Source of the DNA: Amoebidium appalachense
Taxonomy: Eukaryota; Protista; Ichthyosporea
Assembly (NCBI GenBank): GCA_963693365.1
Contig: CAVNZM010000011.1
Location: 3,391,098-3,455,097 of the forward strand
DNA length: 64,000 nt
Reading direction: 5' to 3'
Part shown: positions 1-12,349 of the stretch, one piece after another
Position numbering within the stretch: the stretch's first letter is position 1
How the letters are laid out: every line of letters begins with the position of its first letter
The notes under the pieces: model-generated
Told to the model about the DNA's origin: nothing
Seen by the model: only the letters and a program-made list of their open reading frames with translations
Database searches by the model: none
Made by a program: the position numbers and the translations under genes

Positions 1-955
1 AGGAGGGGGTTGAACTTGGCCGCAGATTTGGACGTGAACTCGCCCGAGCGCAGGAGGCACGAGCTGCCAAGCAGCAGGGCAGCCCACAGACGCAGGGCCT
101 CCAATGAAGAGCCCGGTTGGATGACTGGGAGGAGGGCGCGGAGGTCGGCTGGGAGGAGGGGCTCGAGCACTCGTTTGGGCCGGTGGCTGCCTTCCAGCAG
201 CAGGAAGCGGCCAGCCCCGCGGATAAACCACTGAAGGCTCTGCTGGCCGGAGCCCGCTGGTGGTGCCATGCCCAAGCTGCGGTGCAGGCTGTTGACGGCG
301 GAGACGATGCTGGGCATGGTCCGGGCTTGCACCGCACGCATGGCGCACCAGGCAAGGAACAGCTGCACTTGGGCTGGGCAGGCTGGCAGGTAGCCACCAT
401 CAGGATTGCGGCAGTCCATTGCGTAGATGAAGTCGATAAACTGGCGCTGGTAGGACGAGTAGGAGGACTCCGTGCTGTCACCCACTGACAGCCGAGTGAT
501 GGTGCGGGCCACCTCCGGGACACAGGCCAAAACCTCGGGGGTGAACCACTGGGCAAGCCTACCATGGTCGCCACCAAAGGGGAGCAAGCCACCTGCAGGG
601 ACAGAGCTGTGTGAGCATCATGCCTAGAGTCCCAGGGGGGGGGGGGGGGGGTAAAGGCAACGAGCGGGGTGGGCGGCAGGCAAGCGGGTGCACAGGCAGG
701 CAAACAAGGGGGGGAGGGGGGGGAGGGGGGCGTAGCTAAAGGGCAGAGGATGCATGCAGCGCTGGCAGGGAGGGCGGGGGAAGGGGAGGGGGGGGTATGC
801 GCGCACAAGCCGCGGTGTAGGCGTGCGTGTGTGTGCGCTAGTGTGTGGGTGTGTATGAGCATGTGTGTGTAACACCGAGGTTAAGCATGCACGATCGAAC
901 TTCGGGGCGGTGGAGGGGGTGGCAGGTGGGGTTGGGGGGGTTGGGGGGAGGGGAA

Positions 956-992
<37 letters not shown>

Positions 993-1070
993 GACACGCC
1001 ACAAGCAGTTGGCACTGCGGGCCAGCACAGAACAAAGAGGCACACCGTGTGTACACCGTAAGACCGTCAT
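1..1070 (-). CDS. Tyrosine recombinase of the retrotransposon (partial; predicted exon 1 1070-1046, exon 2 592-<1)
   Basis: Manual translation of 592->1 is open: ..VGDSTESSYSSYQRQFIDF..VQLFLAW..IVSAVNSLH..LWAALLLGSSCLLRSGEF.. (core-binding helices plus the catalytic Arg motif LRxGE). In-frame stops lie just upstream of the acceptor tgctcac..ccctgcag|G at 593/592. A phase-compatible ATG exon ends at donor G|gtgtgc (1046/1045). Confidence 0.8.
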
Positions 1071-1284
1071 GTATTGTCCCAAACACTCCACCGGGTGAGT
1101 GAGGGAATCCGAGCGAATTCGTGTAGTGGGGGGGGGGCCGGCCCCGGCCGCCACTGCAGAACATGAATCGTGCGATATACAAAGTGGGAAGGGGGGAAGG
1201 GGGGGTGTCGGTGCCCCCCACAGCCCACACGCCAAGCCCAATACGAAGGCAAAGGAACAGGGGAGGGGGCTCGGCCCAGCCCCA

Positions 1285-3172
1285 TCACGAGAGAGGGGCA
1301 GCAAACCACCGTGACCCCGCTAGCCACTCAGGCACGGGTGTTGGGACTGGTGCGTGCCACGGGTGCAGCCGGTCGAAAGTGGCCCACTGTGCCCGCGAGA
1401 TGGCATCCGCAATCGAGTTTTCCACGCCAGGGATGTGCTTGGCCGAGACCAGCACCGTGTAGCGCATTTCCATCAGCGTGATGAGACGCAGCACCCGGGC
1501 AATGGCAGGGACGGGGGAGTGACGGGACGCGATCGTAGATACTGCACCGTCGTTATCGGTGAGCACGCGTATGTGGCTGTTGCGACAGCTGGGACCCCAA
1601 CAGGCCAGGGCCACGGCAATGCCAGCCAGCTCAAACAGCACGGAAGCCCACACATCTCCGCCAGCAATGACCGTGCGCCAATGGTCCGTCCATGCTAGGT
1701 GAAACCACGCTTGACCCCAGTAGCCACCGCATCCTATGCTGCCGGCCGCATCTGTGGTGAACATGTGATGCACGGGGGGGGGTAAGCACACGTATGCCGT
1801 TCCACTCGGGGAGGAACTCCGACCACAGCACAACGTCGGCTCGTGCGTCGGCGCAGACACGGATGTGGTGGTGGGGCCCTAGGCCGGCCCTCTCAGCCTC
1901 CGCCAGCAGATGAAGCAAGCGTTGAAGAAAGGCACGGGCACGCCCCAGCGCCACAACCTGAGCACACCACATGAGCTTGCCGCACAGGGACCGTAGGTCT
2001 CGAACAGTGGCCTTGGTGCGACCCCGCCAATCGGCTAGCAGGGCCCGGAGCTCGGTCAGCTTGACGGCAGGTAAGCGGGCCTCCATGCGCAGAGTGTCCC
2101 ACTCGAGCCCAGAGTAGATGAGCGTGTGTGAGGGCAGCTGCACTTTGTCGTCGGCAAGCGTAACACCCACCTTCGAGCACACCCACCGAAACACCAGCAT
2201 GTTGAAGGCGCACTCTTGCAGCGTATGGCCGCCGAAAAAGAAGTCGTCCACAAAATGCTGTGTCTCTGTGGCGTTGAGGGCGTGGGCGAAGTGCTGCAGG
2301 GCCTGAGCTATGCGTTCCCAGAACGCTGGGCTGGACCGCAAGCCAAACGGTAGGCGGGTCTCCACATAGAACGCGCCTAGCAGCTGGAACGACAGCAGTG
2401 GCTGGTCGTCTGGGTGCACCGGGCCGTGACGAAAGGCACCCTTCACGTCGTATGCCCCGAGGAAGCAGCCCTGGCCGAGCCGAGCTACTGTTTGCATCAC
2501 CGTGCGGATGGTGATGTACTCCAGCTGATCCGGGTAGTCGACCCCATCGTTGATACTGGAGCCACGCGGGAAGGAAAGGTCGTGGATGCGGCGGACGCCC
2601 GTGCCGCCCTTTTTGGGAACTGCCCCGAGGGGCGAGGATACAAAATAAGGATAAAGGGCCACCATCTCGTCGCGGGTGAAGGGGCCCAGGATGTGGCCGC
2701 ATGCCACTTCCTTCGCAATGTCGGCTGCAAGCTGCTCACGGGCCGCCAGCGCGGACGGGTGGTTTCGGCCCACCCGGGTGACCCGCTCGCCGAAGTAACC
2801 GACCGAGAAGCCCAGCTCTAAGTCGCGGAGCAGAGCCTGCTGAAACGCAATGTCGAGGTGCGGAAACAACTCAAACAAACGGCGGAAGTTGGGGACAGAT
2901 ACGGTCTGTGGTGGTGCCGCTGGGTGGGGTGACCATGGGCCCCGCAGGGCAACGGAGAGGGCAGGCCCAGCGCTGACGTCAGCCCCTGCCCGAAAGGGGG
3001 CTGGGCCCCCTAAGCCGGGTTGGCCCCCCCTTCCCCCGCCCCGTTGGCTGGGTTGGGAGGGCAGGCGTGTGCGCCGTGCGCCGCTGAGCCGCACTTCAGG
3101 CAGGCGTGCTTGTAGCGGCAAGGGTTGGGTCCCTTCCTGGTGCAGCCCTTGGCCGTGTTGAAGCCCCGGCAT
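1285..3172 (-). CDS. Reverse transcriptase-RNase H (pol) of the DIRS/Ngaro element; one frameshift at the G-run near 1774-1782
   Basis: RT motifs RRIHDLS, YDVKGAFRH, RLPFGLRSSP, HFVDDFF in ORF 1631-3172. RNase H motifs TDAAG, FELAGI, TDNDG, HIPGVENSIADAISR in ORF 1285-1860. The two frames join at a homopolymer. Confidence 0.88.
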
Positions 3173-4070
3173 ATCTCATCCGCAGCAGGGGCCGGGCTGG
3201 CGCGAGGGCTGGCTGTGGCCCCCCCAGAGGCAGGCTGCCGGGGTGTGCGGGGAGCGGTGGGTGCCTGGTGCAGGCGGGCACCAGACAGGGACACGGCCAG
3301 CTGCACAGCGTCGGGTGCGTCGAGTGGGCGGCCAGAGGCAGCGCACGACCGGCGGTGTGCGTCCTCCCAGCGCATGATGGCAGCCCACTGGTACTCGGGT
3401 GCCAACTCAGTGGCCACAAACTCGGCGTGGGCCAGCAGGGCCGTGACGGGGGCGTTGGCGTTGATGCGTAGGCGTAGCAGCTGCAAGATGCAGCGCAGGT
3501 AGGTCTGCAGGTCCGGGCACAGGGCGGGCTGGCGCTGGGTGCCAGGCGTCTGCAGCACAACCGTGCCAGCAGGCAGGCCAGGCAGGGAAACCGGCTGGCG
3601 CTGCGTGTGGACAGAAGAGCCCGTGGGCGGCAGCAGGTCGAGTAAAGCGAAAAGCTGCATAGGCTCGAAGATGGCAGCCCCCCGGACCTCCGGGGACAGG
3701 TGGGGGCAGGGTGGGTTCGACTGGCTGCGCTGGCTGGCCCCCCAAACGGCCAGTTGCAGGGCATTGGGCGGCGGAGGCAGCTGGTGCATGTCGCCGCCCT
3801 GAGGGTCCTCCTCACGGGGGCGCTTGTTGGCGTTGCCGGGGGGTTGCTCTACAGCATCCACGGCCCCCGCCGCAGCGGCAGGGGGCCCCGTGACAGGGGG
3901 GTTCCTACCGGTTCCGCCCCCGCCAAGGTTGACGAGGTGGGGGAAGGCGCGCAGGAGAAGATCTTGCTGGGAAGGGGGGGCCGGGCTGGCCTGCAGGGCC
4001 TGACGGGTCGCGTTGGCCACCTCAGAAGCAAACATGCGAATGGTCGCTGCCAGCTCAGGGGTCAGGGCAA

Positions 4071-4118
<48 letters not shown>

Positions 4119-4191
4119 CGTCCTGCACAGGAGGGCGCGCCTCCTGCCCTGCCTGTGCTGCAGGGCCATTGTCTGTTGGGTCTACTTCCAT
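3010..4191 (-). CDS. Gag-like ORF1 of the DIRS/Ngaro element (poly-Q tract, C-terminal CCCH finger and CCHC knuckle)
   Basis: ATG at 4191 (MEVDPT). C-terminus CRGFNTAKGC..C-RYKH-ACLKCGSAAHGAHAC. Overlaps the start of pol in another frame. Confidence 0.8.
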
Positions 4192-5440
4192 ACTTGAGCC
4201 GCCGTGTGCTAGCCACCGAAAACGCAATCGTGCTAACAAAAACCGTACGTGCAGCACACGGCGAAAACGAAGGTGGCCTGCATCTGCAGTGTGCTGCGCC
4301 GGAAATACCGGCGCTGGTGGCGCCTGACGTCAGGCGCTGCGCCAGACCGATGTCAGCCGCCGCTGCGGCTGCGCCTGGCGCCGCGGCCCGTGACGTCATG
4401 GGCCGCCCGGCTGCCTGCGCCCGAAGTGATCCGTGAAACATCTTTCATCTGCTGCGCATATGAAACGTACACTTAGTTCAAATGGGCCGAGAAGGTTTGA
4501 CTGCTGGAGCCGCAGTTCATATACCCGGGATGTCGATCTGAGGAATGCGTCCGAAGTCGCTCGACCAATCGCTGTGCAGCGAATGTTTATCCTTTGGAAT
4601 GTGCATGATCTCCAGGGCGCGAACTGGAAACACGGAGTGCCTTTGAACCCGGGTGAGTCGCTGAGGCCCTAGAAACCAATGAGAGAGAGAACTTTTCCAG
4701 TTTTTCAGGCAATAAAAAAGAATAATATGTTTCCTATCATTAGGAGCATGGTTTTTAAGCAGGTGTATGTAAAGGTTCGTACTCTCAGTAGGAACGTACT
4801 TGCCTGCGGATACATGCCATCATGGTCCTAATATTTCGCACCCTGTCACCAGTCCGGCCCGCGCTCCGACGTCTCGGCCCAGTCCCGGTGGTCACAACAA
4901 GAAAAGGGGGGAAAAAACGTGAATGGAGTGAAGGAGGAGCAGAGAGGAGGGGAGGGGGGTTGGAAAGGAGGGGGTGGAGGGGGAGAAGGGGCCTGGGGCG
5001 GGGGGGCCCCGGGGGGGGGGGGGGGGGGGGAGGGGGGGGGGGGGGGAGGGGAGGGAGGAAGGACCAAACTTTCTAATACAGGACCAAATATTAAGTGGGG
5101 ACTCGGCTCGCGAGCCTCGAGGCCTAGGTGGGTCCGGATCCGGTGCGGGGAGGGGAGGAGGAGAGGGGGGGGGGGGGGGGGGGGGAGTATCAGTGCCATC
5201 TCATTAATAATGATGGAGAAAGATCAGGGGGAAGGGGGGCCCGGGGGGGGGAGGGGGGGGGGGGGGGGGAGGCCTAAATAGCTAGGGGGAAATCCGGGGG
5301 CCCGGGAGGAAAGGGCCCGCGGGGAAGGGGTGATTGGGGTGGAGGGGGGAGGGGGGGGGCTAGTGAGTGAAAGCACGATAAATTGGAAATATGGTAGACT
5401 ATTGGGGCCGTGCGTTTCAGAATCGAATGCGCAAGTTTTT

Positions 5441-5476
<36 letters not shown>

Positions 5477-5944
5477 ATCCGCAAAAATTACGTGTAGTCT
5501 GGATGTGGATTTGTACTAAGAATTTGTTTCCTGGGTCAGGCCGCATTTAGGCCCTCCCCCCCTTTCCCTCAATACACACACACATGTATGTACACGCACA
5601 CGCGGGGGGTGCGGGTGGGGGTCGGGGGGGGGGGTCTGGCCAGGGGTGACCGTGAAGCTGGGAAGAGTCTGAGCAGTGACTGCTCAAGGGACAAAAATGG
5701 CGCAATCATGTGAATGATTTGCAGCCAATCAGACGACAGAAATACTCAGTCCGAAAGGCGCCGCACGTAAGATCGTCCTTGCCCGGGATAGTTGCCAATA
5801 CAATTCATGACGAATGTGAATACGGGGATCACCATATTCACATATTCGCCTTTTTCCGGAATATCAGAGTGGGAAAGATGGAATTTACGGTAGGGGGATT
5901 GAAAAGAGGGTCAGGCAGTACGAGAACGAATCAGAGGCACCACC

Positions 5945-6350
5945 TGACCAACTGTGGATGTTAGCAAAACAACTGAAGAGGAAACGAAGCAAAAAGGAAA
6001 GAGGAAAGGGAGCAAGATGAGAAAGTGGAATGGAAGCAAAAAAGAAAAAGATACCAGAAAGAAGGGGGGAAAACGGAAACAAAGCAGAAAAGAAAGAGCA
6101 AAAAAAAAACCAAGAAAACAAAGAGGAAATGAAGCAAGAAAACAAGAAGAGAAAAGAAAGAGAAAACAAAGAAAGAAACTAAGAGAGGAATGAAAGAGGA
6201 AACGGAGCAAAAAAGAAAGAAGGACTAAAGAAGCAAGAAAAGAAAGAGAGAAATGAAAGAGGAAACTCGAAACAAGAAAGATAAGAGGAAATTTTAAAGG
6301 CGCAAGAAAGGAAAGAGGAAACGAAGCAAGAAAGGAGAATTAACTACAAC
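5945..6350. repeat. Purine-rich (GA/A-rich) low-complexity degenerate minisatellite
   Basis: Recurring aagaggaaa/gaagcaagaaa units, almost no pyrimidines on the + strand. Confidence 0.7.
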
Positions 6351-7189
6351 GAGAGCCTCGTGATTCAGAAAGCCAGCCCTCCAGCACGCCGGGCATACCA
6401 TGCTATAAGCTTTAACCCCATTTGGCCACAAATGCGCATCTGTGTGCTGTGTGTGTGTGTGCGCGCGCAGCCCCGAGGGGTTGAAGGGGGGGTGGGGTGG
6501 GTGGGTGGGGGGGGGGGGGGGGGGGGGGGGGGGGATCTGCAGTTGCCTAAATAATCTGTGGTTGGTGGGTGGTTGTGTTGGGCCGCCAAAGGGACCGGGG
6601 GGAGGGACGAGGGGTGGGGTCAAAAAATGGGAGGTAGAGGAGGAGGGGGGGGGGGGGGGAGAGGGGGGGGGGGGGAGAGGGGGGGGGAGGGGGGGGGAGA
6701 GAGAGAGAGGGAGAGGGGGGGGGGGGGCTGGAGGGAGGGAAGGTTGGAGGGAATGGGGTCGAACAAGGACGAGCAAAGTCCAGGAATTCAGTTTTTGGCA
6801 TGACAATGCACAAGATCGAAAGGTTTTCTTAGGGCTAAATCTCTCCGTCCTGCCCCCAATCCCCCCCCCCCCCCCCCTCCCCCTTCCCTCTCCCCCTTCC
6901 CTCTCCACCTCCAACCCCTCTCCCCACCCCCCTTCCCCCCCCCCTCCCCCCCGCCTCACCCCCAGCAACCTCGTTTGATTGCCCTCTTTCTCCTTCTGTA
7001 GCAGGTGTAAAGAGTGTAAATGCTTCCACACCTCCTGTTGATTGAACCCATGCAACCGTTTCTAGAAAGGGAGGACTTGTGTAGATTTCCTTTACGGTGC
7101 ACTTGTGCGCGCGCGTTTGTGTGTGTGTGTGCCCAGCGGGGGGAGGGGGGGGGGTCCCCGGTCCCTCACTCTCCATAGCCCCCGGTGAC

Positions 7190-8210
7190 GAGTGGGGCAT
7201 ATATTTCAAACGGATGATTGACCGTCGGGTGGAGAGTGCAGGCTGGTGCATTCGTTTATTTAGGGATGCTTATCTTGCTAATATTTCTACTACTGTACAC
7301 TTGCACACCCGTCTCAGTATATTTCCTACCTTTATTCGCCCATTGTCTGAATACGGGTTGCCCTTCTTAGCTATGGCACCCCCCCGATACTGTTGAAAAT
7401 ATCACCCACTCACTAGATGACTTCCACTACACCACTTGCTTTACGTTTCTTACTGGTCTTTCCACACCCATCCCTAGACGCCTTTTCGATTATCTCTACG
7501 CACTCACACCACCATCGCAACGCGTACACGAATTAGCCCTTAAATTTCACCAACACATCACCCGCCTCTCCGCATTTGCCCTGGACCACCCACTCTTCCG
7601 ATTGCACGCCTCCCCGCCGGACTCGCCCCTCTACCTCTTCCCTTCCGCAACGTCTCTGCCCATTGTCGAGCGATATGCGGAGTGGCTGGCGACCCCACCG
7701 GAGGTACGGCTGGATCATGGTGTGACTACTGTGAATAGTTTTAAGTCTATGGTTGATAGATATCTTTTTACTCTGTACGTGTTGCATCCCTTCCTGTGTT
7801 AGGACCGCAAAAATACCAACTACTAGTAGCCTATATGGCGGATACGATTAGAGAATCTCGTTCCTACATAGATTCGTTTATTCGTAATGTTCAGGCGTGG
7901 TGCAAAAACGCAAAGATTATTATGGCATGGCGGTGTAGTCGGTTTCTGGTGTCTCCTGCTCGTATGTGTAATGTGTGTGGGGGGCGGTTTACTTGTGGAT
8001 GCATATCTATCAATAAGTGTGACCTGCTAGCTAACGTGATAGAACCGGAGGTTATGTGCGGTTTTATTCTCTTTGCTTCCTCCCTTCCTCAATGTATCCG
8101 TTTAAAATGACTATCCTAAATCACCTTATTAATGCTGCACAGTATGATATTGTGATACGGTGTCTTAACTTTCTTTCGGAGCTACCAATGCTAGCCTCTG
8201 CTTACCCATA
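7190..8210 (+). pseudogene. 5'-truncated, decayed non-LTR retrotransposon (LINE) ORF2 C-terminal fragment
   Basis: GIYFKRMIDRRVESA..TRLSIFPTFIRPLSEYGLPFL resembles the post-RT LINE motif (L+YKxxIRPxLEYG). A downstream CNVC zinc-knuckle-like segment follows. Broken by stops and frameshifts. Confidence 0.55.
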
Positions 8211-8834
8211 ATATGTAATAGGGTTGTCATCTACTAAGATGGGCGCTAAATGTTGCTTAGCATGTCTCTAGCTGCATTTGATTGGCTGCGCTGGAAAATG
8301 CAGTAGGCCGTCGAGTGAGGCTGGGCCCCCGACAGTGTCCACAGCAATAAATAGTGTGTAGACCCCCTTCTGGGTCTCCGTTGCGACATTTTTTATTATT
8401 ATATTTTATTTTTATTTTATCACGTTTGCCCATATGGGGTTAACGTTTTCTCTACAGTGGAAGTCTAGGATCTATCGGCCACCATACTGGCACTAGTGCC
8501 GCACAATCAATATTGCATACATGCAAGCAGACGTATCTGGACTGGGGTCTATACTGGTATAATATAAAACAATAAAAAAAGTAGAAATATCGCACGATAT
8601 CCTAGAAGTTCTCTTTTGATCACACTCAGTGAAGCCACAGCGCATATCCACGGCACAAACATAGATTTGAAGCCTTGCCAACAGCCTGCTACCTTCTGAG
8701 GTAGCTCTTATTTTTCAAGGAGACGCGGACGATACGGAAATCGGCTGATCACGTGACTCACCTACCTTGAAAAATAGAGCTACCCGGCGAGATGACATCA
8801 CGTTACTAACTACTGTGACCACCAGACCAACCCG

Positions 8835-8881
<47 letters not shown>

Positions 8882-9900
8882 TTGCGATATTGGTCCTTGT
8901 CTTTCTCCAGCCTGGCACCCTCTCTTTCGAGATCCCTTGCTCTTTGTAAGTCCTCCCCCCTCCTCCCCCTCCCCCCCCCCCCCCCCCCCAACCCCTCCCT
9001 CCCCCCCCTCCCCCCCCCCCCCCCAAAAAAAAAAAAAAAAAAAAAAAAAAACCTAATATTAGCTCTACCAGAGGCCCCGGCCTTCCCCCTCCTCCCCACC
9101 AGCCCTTAGGCTTCGAATTGCCCCCTCCCCCCCAAAGTTGAATTCAATACTTGAGAATGTACTTGTGGCGTTAGGTTCCCTATTTATGTACTGGATAATT
9201 TCTGGGTTACAGTGCCGCGTCCCCCCCCCCCCCCCCCCCCCTGCCGCCCCCGGGTGGCCCACCTAGCTCGCCCAGCTCGCCGGATCACCACACGAACGCA
9301 CAAACTTTTTTAACCATCACAGAGAAGGATAGCACCTTAGCTAGTGTACTTTCGGTGCTGTGTGGTAGACGGTATTTTCCCTAGAGGGCCCTCCGGGAAC
9401 AAAACGTGATAAAATAAAAATAAAATAAAATAAAAAAAAGGAGGGGGGGATGGGGGGGGACTCCAGGGGCCTCGCCCGGGGCAGAAAAGATTCTGGGTTT
9501 CCACCCAGCATCCTCCGAGAGACATGAACACATCTCTCAGATTCTCTCTATGAAGTTTTTTTCCAAAAACACGGAGATGGTGGGATGTGGTGGGCTAAAA
9601 AGGTTGGGGTGTGGGTTTGTTTAAGAACTCATTCAGGCCAGGGGTGGAAATTGTCACAGTAGGATTCAGGAAAAAGAGAAAGAGAGAGCAAGTCTCAGAG
9701 TGAAGGAGAGAGTGTGGGGCGGGGGGGGGGGGGGGGGGGGGGGAAGGAGGGAGGAGGGAGGGCCGGGAGGAAGGTAGGAAGGGAGGGGGGAGGGAGGGCG
9801 GGGGGAAGGGGACAGTGAGAGAGAGGGAGAGAGATCTGGAGAGAGAGAGTGATAAAGAGAGCCTGGCCGAGAGAGAGAGAGAGAGAGAGAGCGCCCCTGC

Positions 9901-9941
<41 letters not shown>

Positions 9942-11027
9942 ACCCACCCCACCCATTCCCCTCTGCTCGGACAGTTTTCAGTTATTATCTGCCTCGTTCC
10001 CCACGTTTCCCTTCGGCTGGAAACACTAGTATCTACGATTGTCATCACGCAGCAAAAAGGGGGAGGGGGAGAGAGGCAGGTGAGAAAGGGGTGGAGGCCT
10101 TCCCTTCCGCACACAAACACACACAAACATATATATATGCATACACACAGCGACGTTGGACGGCAGAACCAATTAAAACCAAGTTTTGAACGTTAAGGTG
10201 CATGAAAGCTGCCGTAAATGAGCCATTTTGCTAGTACAAATGACAGAAGCTCCATTTCATTTGCATCCCCCGATACTATAATAGGTGTATTTAGGAGTAA
10301 TTGCATTCGAATCCTGGTTGGTTAAGTTGATGTGTGATTCCCTCTTGTGCCGAAACTTTCTTTCTTTTTTTTTGTTTTTCCCCAAACAGGCTTTCGGGGA
10401 GGATTATGGGCCCTGGCGGATGGAGGATTGGGGGAGAGGGGGGGGGGGGGGGGGGGGGGGGTTCCGATTGCTTGTGGCACATGTAGCTTTGAATGATCTT
10501 ATTGTTATAAGTGAATGTACCAGAAAGGCATATCGTCCCCCCATTTTCTTCCTTCCCCCCCCCCCCCCCCCTCCCCCCCCCCCCAAATCCCCCCCAAAGA
10601 TTTTTTTTTTTTTTTTAAAAAAAAGGGGAATGGTATTTAGAGAGGCCAGGGAAGGAGGGAGGGAGGGAGGGAGGGAGGGGAAGGGGCGGAAGGCTCTCGG
10701 GAAACCATGTTCGGAAAGGTTATTCCACAGACGGTGGTCAGTGACCTTTAGACGATGGCCTTTCTCGTCCCTCCTCTCTCCTCCTTCTCCCCTCTCCCCA
10801 TACACATACACACATATGATACCGTGACAACGACACACACGCACACGCACACACCGTGCCACGCACACGCACACACGCACACACACACGCACACACCAAC
10901 ACACACACACACACGCACACACACACACACACGTGATACACACACACGCGCGCGCGCGCGCGTACGCACACGCATATGCAAAAGCACTCGCACAAACGAC
11001 ACAGGCACACACATAGACACACACACA

Positions 11028-11062
<35 letters not shown>

Positions 11063-12349
11063 CCACGCACGCACGCAACCATACACACATGCACACACAC
11101 AAAACGCTCTCACATACGCGCAAGCACCCTGCTTTCCAGCACACGTTCAAGAATTTGTCACCATCTACTACCACAACAGGCTGCAAAGGCGTTTCTTCAT
11201 CCCATTCGTCCCTCCTATAGCCACAAACTAACCCTCCCCATCGGTCTAAGCTCAAATACCACCACCACCCAAACTTTAACCTCTCCCCCCCCCCCCCCCC
11301 CCTTCCCCTCCCCCGTTACCACCTCCCCTTCCCCCCCCCCTCCCCCCTCCCCCCCCTCCCCCCCCCTCCCCCCCCTTCCCCCCCTCTCCCCCGTTGCATC
11401 CCCTCCCGCCCCCCTCACCATGCATGTGCCTCTTCCAGCCCAACACACTGACGACGTGCGTGCGTGGTGCAGAGAAGGGGTTTTGAAGCTATGGAATGTC
11501 CGTGTTTTCAAGTCGTTAAAGTTGCCAAAGGGACTCTAAAATCAAAGCGATAATCGGCCATTCCCATGGCTGAAATCCGCCATCAATCAACGGACATGGA
11601 ACAGTAATATAACCAGATGGTGGCACATGTGGGACCAAGCCCCACACGCACTAAACTCTTCTAAACACTCACACACGCATACACGTGTACAAGAGACCAA
11701 CAAGGCCTCCTACATGTATATATTCTTGGTACATCATACTTTTTATTTCATAATTTCTGGAACAACCTTGCCTTTTCGATCGATCGATCGAAAGCGCTGA
11801 AAACACGACCCCCTACAAACAACTGGGGACTGGTTTTTCGCCCAAGTTGGCCAAGCCTTGTTTGGGAGCTAACTTGCCTTAAAAGGTTAAAAGTACTAAG
11901 AGGCCTCTTGATTGGATAGTACATCGCCTTGGGCTAAACTTTTCTGATTGGCTGAGCCATTCGGTGTTGTTTCTTTGACCACTGTTTACATCAGTATGTG
12001 AGTATTAAAATGATTCTGCATTCAAAAAATCAACTACATTAAGCTTTTTAAAAATTATTTGTTTACTATAATTGCAATTTTCCATGAAAACAATAGCTTA
12101 TTAGGCTGGCATGTTCCTGACTAATCATACCTGATCAAAAAGATAAGAAACGACTATGTGATTGGCAGTAAGTCAGTCTACGCCATCGCCACACCGCCCA
12201 CACCTCTGCCGCGCCTGCCCTGGGCCGGCCTGAGCCGAACCAGGCGAGCCGACACGTGTTTTCAAGAGCACACAAGCAACACACACAAAACCACACTCCC
12301 CTCGAGAGTTCATTTTTCCGCCCCTTTCCACCCAGTTCTAACTTAGAAA

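Larger units (their letters stand above)
1..4430 (-). mobile_element. Tyrosine-recombinase retrotransposon (DIRS order, Ngaro-like); 3' part runs off the window start; 5' boundary approximate
   Basis: Minus-strand order gag (CCCH+CCHC zinc fingers) -> RT (FVDD) -> RNase H -> tyrosine recombinase, with no integrase or protease motifs. This is the DIRS/Ngaro layout. Confidence 0.9.

Noticed and set aside
5885-6210. Phe/Leu-rich 'membrane protein' and Lys/Arg-rich ORFs
   Set aside because: Artefacts of a purine-rich low-complexity repeat.
11110-11540. Possible minus-strand exons divergent from GrpE
   Set aside because: Splice-like sites exist, but I could not build a phase-consistent reading frame or recognise a domain.
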